Source: Pseudodesulfovibrio mercurii
GTDB lineage: Bacteria; Desulfobacterota; Desulfovibrionia; Desulfovibrionales; Desulfovibrionaceae
DNA length: 32,000 nt
Reading direction: 5' to 3'
Assembly (NCBI RefSeq): GCF_000189295.2
Contig: NC_016803.1
Coordinates: 1,560,001-1,592,000, forward strand
Positions 7,260 through 13,224 of the stretch are shown piece after piece. The notes below the pieces were generated by a model. It was given only the letters and a program-made list of their open reading frames with translations. It was not told where the DNA came from and ran no database searches. Both the position numbers and the translations under genes were made by a program. Within the stretch, counting starts at the first letter, position 1, and each line of letters starts with the position of its first letter.

Positions 7260-8631
7260 GGAGCCGCTCCTTGTCGGGGATGCGCAGGGCGCTCTTCGGA
7301 GCCCTCAGCGCGCCGTGCTCGAAGATGCCGGTGCGCTCGAGCCAGGCCGCGAACTCCGGGGCCGGAGCCAGGCCGAGCTGGCGGCGGAGGTACAGGGCGT
7401 CGTGGAAGGAGGTGGACTGGTAGTTGAGCATGATGTCGTCCGCGCCCGGCACGCCCATGATGTAGTTGCACCCGGCCACGCCGAGCAGGGTCAGCAGGCT
7501 GTCCATGGAGTCCTGGTCCGCCTCGGCGTGGTTGGTGTGGCAGACGTCCATGCCCATGGGCAGGCCGAGCAGCTTGCCGCAGAAGTGGTCCTCCAGCCCG
7601 GCCCGGACGATCTGCTTTTCGTCGTAGAGGTACTCCGGGCCGATGAACCCGACCACGGAGTTGACCAGGAACGGGTCGTAGCGCCGGGCCAGGCCGTAGG
7701 CCCGCGCCTCCAGGGTCTGCTGGTCCACCCCGTGATGCGCCCCGGCGGACAGGGCCGAGCCCTGGCCGGTCTCGAAATACATGACGTTGTCGCCGACCGT
7801 GCCGCGCTTCAGCGACCACCCGGCCTCCAGCCCCTCCCGCAGGAGGTCCGGGGTCACGCCGAAGCTCCTGTTCACGCCCTCGGTGCCGCCGACGGACTGG
7901 AAGACCAGGTCCACGGGCGCGCCCCGCTCCACGGCCGCGATGGTGTTGGTCACGTGGGTCAGCACGCAGGTCTGGGTGGGGATGTCGTACTCCCGGCGCA
8001 ACCGGTCCAGGAGCTCCAGGAGCCGGACGGCCGAGGCCGTGCTGTCCGAGGCCGGGTTGACGCCGATGCAGGCGTCGCCGCTGCCGTACATGAGCCCGTC
8101 GAAGACCGAGGCCGCGATGCCCGCCGGGTCGTCGGCCGGGTGGTTGGGCTGGAGCCGCGCGGCCAGGGTGCCGGGCAGCCCCACGGTGGTGCGAAAGCGC
8201 GTGACCACGCGGACCTTTGAGGCCACGTGGATGAGGTCCTGGACGCGCATAAGCTTGGACACGGCCGCGACCATCTCGGGCATGAGGCCGGGGGCCAAAG
8301 CCTTGAGCGCGTCGCCGTCGGCCCCGGCAGTGAGCAGCCAGTCGCGGAACGCCCCCACGGTCAGCCCGGCCACGGGCGAAAGGGCCTCGCGGTCCAGGGT
8401 ATCCACGATGAGCCTGGTCACGGCGTCGTCCTCGTAGGGGACGACCAGGTCCTCGAGAAAGGCGGACAGCGGGACCTCGGCCAGGCAGAGCCGGGCCACG
8501 GCCCGCTCATGCGCCGAGCGCGCCCCGATGCCGGCCAGTTCGTCCCCGGACTTGGGGGCCGAGGCAGCGGCCAGCAGGCTGCGCAGGTCCGCGTATTCGT
8601 GGGTCACGCTGTCGAGGGTTACGGCATACAT
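7243..8631 (-). CDS. eutB: Ethanolamine ammonia-lyase large (heavy) subunit
   Basis: Trimmed from ORF 7243-8886 to the ATG at 8631 (MYAVTLDSVTHEY...), giving 462 aa. Long identical runs to remembered E. coli EutB: ARLQPN, GDACIGVNP, YFETGQGSALSAGA, GLARRYDPFLVNSVVGFIGPEYLYD.KQI.RAGLEDHF.GKL, NYIMG.P..DDIMLNYQ.T.FHD. Confidence 0.95.
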   Translation of the reverse strand: MYAVTLDSVTHEYADLRSLLAAASAPKSGDELAGIGARSAHERAVARLCLAEVPLSAFLEDLVVPYEDDAVTRLIVDTLDREALSPVAGLTVGAFRDWLLTAGADGDALKALAPGLMPEMVAAVSKLMRVQDLIHVASKVRVVTRFRTTVGLPGTLAARLQPNHPADDPAGIAASVFDGLMYGSGDACIGVNPASDSTASAVRLLELLDRLRREYDIPTQTCVLTHVTNTIAAVERGAPVDLVFQSVGGTEGVNRSFGVTPDLLREGLEAGWSLKRGTVGDNVMYFETGQGSALSAGAHHGVDQQTLEARAYGLARRYDPFLVNSVVGFIGPEYLYDEKQIVRAGLEDHFCGKLLGLPMGMDVCHTNHAEADQDSMDSLLTLLGVAGCNYIMGVPGADDIMLNYQSTSFHDALYLRRQLGLAPAPEFAAWLERTGIFEHGALRAPKSALRIPDKERLRGLSS

Positions 8632-8689
8632 GGCGGCCTGGGGTTCGGGGTTGCACGGGATCGCTTCCGGGACGAACGACTCGATTCCG

Positions 8690-8705
8690 TGCGAAAATCG
8701 TTCCA
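8690..8705 (-). promoter_or_regulatory. Sigma-54 (-24/-12)-like promoter upstream of eutB
   Basis: The minus strand reads TGGAACGATTTTCGCA against consensus TGGCACG-N4-TTGCW. GG and GC have the correct 10-nt separation and there are two mismatches. About 60 nt upstream of the eutB ATG. No enhancer-binding protein gene is present in the window. Confidence 0.35.
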
Positions 8706-8904
8706 GCCCGGTCCCCGGCCACGGGACCGCGCGCCGGGGCTCCCCGACCATACCCGGCCGGGTGCCCCGGGACAAGGCGTCGCCCGGACAAAGACCGCTC
8801 CGGCCGCGTTCCTTCGTCGTCCCCGGCCGGGCCGGACCGTCTACAACAATGTCACACGGACGCGGTTCAAATGCCCAAAACGGCAAAACCGGCGGGGAGC
8901 CGGT

Positions 8905-9318
8905 TCACTCCTGGTCCGGCAGTCCGTCGAGGACCGGCACCGCGTCCAGGTCGTGGTCCCAGTCGGCCCGGCGGGCGGAGAAGATATGGCCGTCGGGCCG
9001 GACCGGCACGGCCGTGTCCATGCTCCCGGCGGGCACGACCAGGAGCGCGCCGTCCATCTGGAGGTTCGGCAGGGCCGAGCCGCAGACCGTGCAGAAGCTT
9101 TTGACGTGCCCGCCGCCCTCGAAGTCGAAGGTCCGCACCAGGCCCTCGCCGCACAGCCAGCGCAGCCGGGCCGTGGACGAGAACAGGTTGGCCGCGTGGG
9201 CCGAGCCCGTGTCCTTACGGCAGCGCTCGCAGTGGCACAGGAAGAACTGTTCGAACGCCCCGTCCACCTCGAATTTCACGGCCCCGCACAGGCAGCCGCC
9301 CGCATGTCTTCCGGTCAT
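8905..9318 (-). CDS. GFA-family (CENP-V/GFA domain) zinc-binding protein
   Basis: Trimmed to the ATG at 9318 (MTGRHAGGCLCGAVKFEV...), giving 137 aa. Cys pattern CxCG...CHCxxC...C..CGS is typical of the glutathione-dependent formaldehyde-activating enzyme fold. The start overlaps the upstream stop (ATGA at 9315-9318). Confidence 0.75.
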   Translation of the reverse strand: MTGRHAGGCLCGAVKFEVDGAFEQFFLCHCERCRKDTGSAHAANLFSSTARLRWLCGEGLVRTFDFEGGGHVKSFCTVCGSALPNLQMDGALLVVPAGSMDTAVPVRPDGHIFSARRADWDHDLDAVPVLDGLPDQE

Positions 9319-10706
9319 GCGCACTCCTTGCTTTGCCCGCCCGCGAGGGGAGGATGCGTCGTCGGTCGGCCCCGTCGCCGGGGAAGGTCCAGGCAGGCCA
9401 GGGCGCAACGGGCGAACAGCTCCACCCCGGGGGCCAGGCAGGCCTCGTCGAAATCGAAACGGGGGTTGTGGTGCCCGGCGGCCAGGTCGCTGCCGAGCAT
9501 GAGGTACGCCCCCAGGCCGCCCTGGGCCTGGACCGCGTCGAGCATCAGGGCGAAGTCCTCGCTGGCGCGCATGTCTGCCCGGTCGCGGATGTCGGTGAAG
9601 CGGCCCATGGCCTCGGCCGCGCGGCGCACCACGGCCGCCGCCTCCGGGTCGCTCCGGCCGCCCGGTGACCGACCCTGGACCGTGATCTCGTGGTCCACGC
9701 CGTACATCATGGCCGCCCCGGCGACCACCTCCCGCGCCCGCTCGAAGACGAACCGGTCGATCTCGGTGGTCCGGCCGCGCGTTTCGGCCTCGATCACCGC
9801 CCCGGCCGGGATGACGTTGCGCCCCTGGCCCGCGTGCAGCGTGCCCACGGTGATCCGCGAGGTCCCCTGGCCGTGGCGCGGAATGGCGTGCAGGTTCAGG
9901 GCCGCGTTGGCCGCGGCCAGCAGGGCGTTGCGCCCCTGCTCCGGGGCCGCCCCGGCATGGGCCGCCACCCCGGTAAAAGCAACGTCGAACTTGGTGGTGG
10001 CCAGGAACCCCTCCACGCCGCAGACCAGCTGCCCGGTCCGGGGGGCGCGCAGGCCGATATGCCCGCCCAGGAGGTAGTCCACGCCGTCGAGCACGCCCGC
10101 GTCGACCATGGGCCCGGCCCCGCGCACGCCCTCCTCGCCGGGCTGGAAGATCAGCCGGACCGTGCCGTGCAGCCGGTCCCGGAGCTCGGCCAGCAGTTCG
10201 GCCACACCCAGCCCTATGGCCGTGTGCCCGTCGTGGCCGCAGGCGTGCATGGCCCCCGCGTTGACCGAGGCGAACCCCACGCGGTGGGGCCGGTGGCCGT
10301 TGTCGCGGGCCTCGTCCAGATCGTTGGCGTCCATGTCGAAGCGCAGGGCCACCACCGGGCCGGGGCCGCAGTCGAGTTCCCCCACGACCCCGGTCAGGCC
10401 GTCAGCCATGCGTGCGATGAGGTCCGGATCGCCGCCCTGGGCCACGGCCCGGTCCATGTGGACCGCCAGCTCCCGGGCCGGGGGCGCGCCGAACATGGAC
10501 TCGCGGCGCACCGCGTCCCCGCCCAGGCGCACCGCGTACCCGGCCTCGGCCAGGGCCCGCGCCACCAGGGAGGCGGTCCGGAACTCGGTCCAGGCCGTCT
10601 CGGGATACCGGTGCAGGTCCCGCCGCCGGGCGATGAGCCCGTCCTTCATCCCGGCCGCCATCCCGGCCGCCAGCCGTACATTTTCCATGGTCGCGTGATC
10701 CGTCAT
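9315..10706 (-). CDS. M20-family amidohydrolase (M20D; AbgA/hippurate-hydrolase/aminoacylase-like)
   Basis: Trimmed to the ATG at 10706 (MTDHATMENV...) with GGGAGGAAG upstream, giving 463 aa. Motifs HRYPE, MHACGHDGH and FQPGEEG are typical of M20D amidohydrolases. Confidence 0.8.
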   Translation of the reverse strand: MTDHATMENVRLAAGMAAGMKDGLIARRRDLHRYPETAWTEFRTASLVARALAEAGYAVRLGGDAVRRESMFGAPPARELAVHMDRAVAQGGDPDLIARMADGLTGVVGELDCGPGPVVALRFDMDANDLDEARDNGHRPHRVGFASVNAGAMHACGHDGHTAIGLGVAELLAELRDRLHGTVRLIFQPGEEGVRGAGPMVDAGVLDGVDYLLGGHIGLRAPRTGQLVCGVEGFLATTKFDVAFTGVAAHAGAAPEQGRNALLAAANAALNLHAIPRHGQGTSRITVGTLHAGQGRNVIPAGAVIEAETRGRTTEIDRFVFERAREVVAGAAMMYGVDHEITVQGRSPGGRSDPEAAAVVRRAAEAMGRFTDIRDRADMRASEDFALMLDAVQAQGGLGAYLMLGSDLAAGHHNPRFDFDEACLAPGVELFARCALACLDLPRRRGRPTTHPPLAGGQSKECA

Positions 10707-10792
10707 GTGCTTCCTCCCGGACGTCCCCCTGTTGTGGACCAACGGGCGGCCAAATGCAAAGGGCAAGGAGGCCCCGTCCCCGGCCCGGACGC

Positions 10793-10823
10793 AAAACGGC
10801 CCGGAAGGTCATCCTTCCGGGCC
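10793..10823 (-). terminator. Rho-independent terminator after the His-rich gene
   Basis: The minus strand reads GGCCCGGAAGG-atga-CCTTCCGGGCC followed by GTTTTGCG. This is a perfect 11-bp GC-rich stem, 38 nt after the stop at 10861. Confidence 0.6.
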
Positions 10824-10860
10824 GTCGGTTTCGTCCGCGCCGGGCCGTCGCGCCCGTTGC

Positions 10861-11157
10861 CTAATCGTGGCTGTGGCCGTGCCCGTCGCCGCCGTCGTGG
10901 GCGTGGCCCTCGTCGTGGCTGTGGGTGCCGTGGCCGTGCTTGTGCTCGCCCTCGACCCCGTGCTCATGCCCGTGCTCATGCTCATGGCTGTGCACGTGGC
11001 AGTGTTCATGGGTATGGGTGGTGCCATCCTCGTGGGTGTGCTCGTGCACGTGAGCGTGTTCGTGCTCATGTTCGTGCATATGCCCGCCCTTGTCACCGTG
11101 GGCGTGCTTGTGGGCCACCTTGTCCTTGCCGGTGTTGCAACCGCAGTCCTTGCACAT
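10861..11157 (-). CDS. Histidine-rich metal-binding protein with HypB-like N-terminal MCxxCGC motif and no GTPase domain
   Basis: Trimmed from ORF 10861-11286 to the ATG at 11157, with AAGGAGGA 5 nt upstream. The 98-aa product is MCKDCGCNTGKDKVAHKHAHGDKGGHMHEHEHEHAHVHEH...GHGHSHD. By my count 32 of 98 residues are His, mostly at alternating positions. It has its own terminator (10793-10823). Confidence 0.8.
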   Translation of the reverse strand: MCKDCGCNTGKDKVAHKHAHGDKGGHMHEHEHEHAHVHEHTHEDGTTHTHEHCHVHSHEHEHGHEHGVEGEHKHGHGTHSHDEGHAHDGGDGHGHSHD

Positions 11158-11349
11158 GGCGTCCTCCTTCGGGGCTGAATCATAGCCCTCTGAATAAAGT
11201 ATGTATTCGATTCCCGCCGAAGACAAGCCCCGCAACAAAATTCCCTTCGTGCCCGGACCCGGGGACCGGTCCCGGCCGGGTGGCACGGCTTGGCACGAAC
11301 GCCGCGGCCGTGCCCCCCGCGGCGCACGTTCCGCCGCCCGATGCCCGGA

Positions 11350-12582
11350 TCAGTCCAGACCCGCCACGTAGTCCATGATGGCCTGGGCCGAACGTTTGGA
11401 GCGGCTCACGGCCTCGGCCACGGTCTTGGCCCCGGTGACCACGTCGCCCGAGGCGAACACGCCCTCGCGGGTGGTCCGGCCGTCCTCGTCGGTGATGATC
11501 AGGCCGGTCTTGCCCACCTCCAGGCCCACCAGGTTGGAGCGCGGGGCCTGGCTGACCGCGATGAAGGTCGAGTCGGCCTCGAACAGGAACTCCGAGCCCT
11601 CCACGGGCTCCACGCGGTTGCGGCCGTCCTCGCCCTCCACGACCCGCGTTTCCACGCAGATCACGCCCTGTTCGGTCAGTTCCTCGGGGGAGGTGTGGAA
11701 GCGGAAGCGGACCCCGTCCACCTTGGCGTACTCGTATTCGTATTTGGTGGCGGTCATGTCCGCCTCGCCCCGGCGGTAGAGCACGGTGACCTCGCGGACG
11801 CCCTTGCGCAGGGCGGTCCGGGCCACGTCCATGGCCACGTTGCCCGCGCCGATGACCGCGACCCTCGGTCCCAGGTTGTAGACGCCGGGATTCTGGAGAT
11901 AGTGGATGGCGTAATGCACGTTGCCCAGGGTCTCGCCCTTGAGGCGCAGCGGCTTGGGGTTCCAGACCCCGGTGCCGATGAAGATCGCACGGTAGTCGTC
12001 GCGGAACAGGTCGTCGATGCCGATGACCGGCCCGATGAGCGTGTTGGGCCGGATCTTCACGCCCAGGCCCAGGAGCTTTTCCTTGAGCTTCTCGAGGATG
12101 TCCTTGGGCAGGCGGAAGTCCGGGATGCCATACTGGAGCACCCCGCCGATCCTCTCCTTGGACTCGAACAGGGTCACGTCGAACCCCTGGCGGGCCAGGA
12201 TGATGGCCACGGTGATCCCGGCCGGGCCGGACCCGATGATGGCGATGCGCTTGCTGTTGTTGCCGTTTGCCGGGCGCTCGGGCTGGAACTGCTCCAGGTA
12301 GTAGCGGGAGATGTACTGTTCGATGCTGCTGACCTGGACCGGCGCGCCCTTTCTGCCCAGGACGCAGTGTCCCTCGCAGAACCGTTCGTGCGGGCAGATC
12401 AGCGAACAGACCGCGGTCAGGGGGTTGTTGTCGAACAACAGCGCGCCCGCCTTGCGCATGTCGCCCGCGAGCAGGGCCTCGACCATGAGGTTGGCCGGGG
12501 TGGAGACGGGACAGCCCTTGCTGCACAACGGCTTCTTGCACTGGAGGCAGCGCGCCGCCTCTTCGATGATGTGTTTGCCCAT
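11350..12582 (-). CDS. GltD/NfnB/SudA-like FAD- and NAD(P)-dependent oxidoreductase with N-terminal Fe-S cluster motifs
   Basis: Trimmed to the ATG at 12582 (MGKHIIEEAARCLQCKKPLCSKGCP...) with AGGAAGGA upstream, giving 410 aa. Cys motifs CLQCKKPLCSKGCP and CSLICPHERFCEGHC. Two Rossmann motifs, IAIIGSGPAG and VAVIGAGNVAMD. GDV..G near the C-terminus. Confidence 0.85.
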   Translation of the reverse strand: MGKHIIEEAARCLQCKKPLCSKGCPVSTPANLMVEALLAGDMRKAGALLFDNNPLTAVCSLICPHERFCEGHCVLGRKGAPVQVSSIEQYISRYYLEQFQPERPANGNNSKRIAIIGSGPAGITVAIILARQGFDVTLFESKERIGGVLQYGIPDFRLPKDILEKLKEKLLGLGVKIRPNTLIGPVIGIDDLFRDDYRAIFIGTGVWNPKPLRLKGETLGNVHYAIHYLQNPGVYNLGPRVAVIGAGNVAMDVARTALRKGVREVTVLYRRGEADMTATKYEYEYAKVDGVRFRFHTSPEELTEQGVICVETRVVEGEDGRNRVEPVEGSEFLFEADSTFIAVSQAPRSNLVGLEVGKTGLIITDEDGRTTREGVFASGDVVTGAKTVAEAVSRSKRSAQAIMDYVAGLD

Positions 12583-12992
12583 TCCTGTTCCTTCCTGGTT
12601 GTCGATATGACCCGGCACGCCGGACAGACAGATGGTCCTACAGGAACTCCGGAAAACGCGCAATTCCCGCATGTCCGTTAGACCGCCGGGTCATTCTGAT
12701 CCGGCGGTACCCCCGAAACGGGGCACATGACCCCAGGAGTCCCGCCGAGCGGCGGCCAAAAGCGGTCGATTCACCCCGGTTGTCCCGGTCCGGCACGGTT
12801 CGCCAACATCTTTGATTTACGTAATATTCCCGACCATACCGGGAGAAAACGCCCCGCCTTCGCCGCCGGACCGTGCGGCTGGTCCCGGAATTGCCGGGCG
12901 AACCCATTCGGCGCCACCCTTTGCCGGAAAGGAAGGCCGCCCGACCATGGCGCCGCCGTCCGGGGCAGTTCCGCCCCCTTCCGCTGATGAGA

Positions 12993-13023
12993 ATACATCG
13001 ATCAATAGAATGCTCCGATGTAT
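12993..13023. repeat. 8-bp inverted repeat ATACATCG-N15-CGATGTAT in an AT-rich island upstream of the receptor promoter
   Basis: Read directly: arms at 12993-13000 and 13016-13023. The island stands out against the GC-rich surroundings. Confidence 0.4.
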
Positions 13024-13037
13024 ATTGGTATGTTCAA

Positions 13038-13077
13038 TCGAGCATAATAATTGACATGTCCTGTCGAGCATAATAAT
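13038..13077 (+). promoter_or_regulatory. Two identical 14-bp direct repeats (TCGAGCATAATAAT) with 26-bp period, bracketing a candidate sigma-70 promoter for the receptor operon
   Basis: Repeats at 13038-13051 and 13064-13077. A perfect TTGACA at 13051-13056 lies between them. AATAAT (13072-13077, 15-nt spacing) lies inside repeat 2. This would give a leader of about 140 nt before the ATG at 13225. Confidence 0.4.
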
Positions 13078-13224
13078 AGAACCTTCTGTCTGGGATGTTC
13101 TGCTATTCCACCGTTCGCAACGCTGCTGCTGGATGCGGCACGGTCGCGTTCCGCGAGGTCATGGGGGGCCGCGCGGTTATCCCGGACACGCGGCCGGTCT
13201 GCCCATGCTCATGAGGAAACCGGA

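Noticed and set aside
6354-8220. Long plus-strand ORFs (6354-7427, 6658-8220) antisense to eutC and eutB
   Set aside because: Same shadow-ORF composition. eutBC on the minus strand has long identical motif runs to known enzymes.
10880-11100. Apparent short tandem repeat (cac/cat-gag/gtg periodicity)
   Set aside because: This is the imperfect codon-level reflection of the (xH)n tract inside a coding gene. It is not a perfect microsatellite or a non-coding repeat array, and it has no CRISPR-like spacer/repeat organisation.
11281-11297. TGGCACGGCTTGGCACG, two TGGCAC motifs resembling sigma-54 -24 elements
   Set aside because: The GG-to-GC spacing is 9 nt, not 10. The motif is on the plus strand, pointing into the 3' end of a minus-strand gene, with no downstream plus-strand gene for about 1.9 kb.
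8227-11378. Plus-strand ORFs 8227-10077 and 9690-11378 (616 and 562 aa), and minus-strand ORF 11180-12541 (453 aa)
   Set aside because: They cross several independent, well-supported genes and intergenic regions and give Arg/Pro/Gly-rich products. ORF 11180-12541 is an alternative frame on the same strand as the GltD-like gene. No motifs were recognised.
12638-13073. Small ORFs (66-89 aa on both strands) in the long intergenic region
   Set aside because: No RBS, Arg/Pro/Gly-rich or low-complexity products, and mutually overlapping. None resembles a known small protein.
12840-13224. Possible cobalamin (B12) riboswitch upstream of the BtuB-sized receptor
   Set aside because: I looked on both strands for the B12 box (AGYCMGGAGACCKGCC-like) and the GGTG..AA..CC / GCCACTG core. 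I found only a loose resemblance (GGCCGGTCTGCC at about 13189-13200), which is not enough to call. An Infernal scan would settle it.
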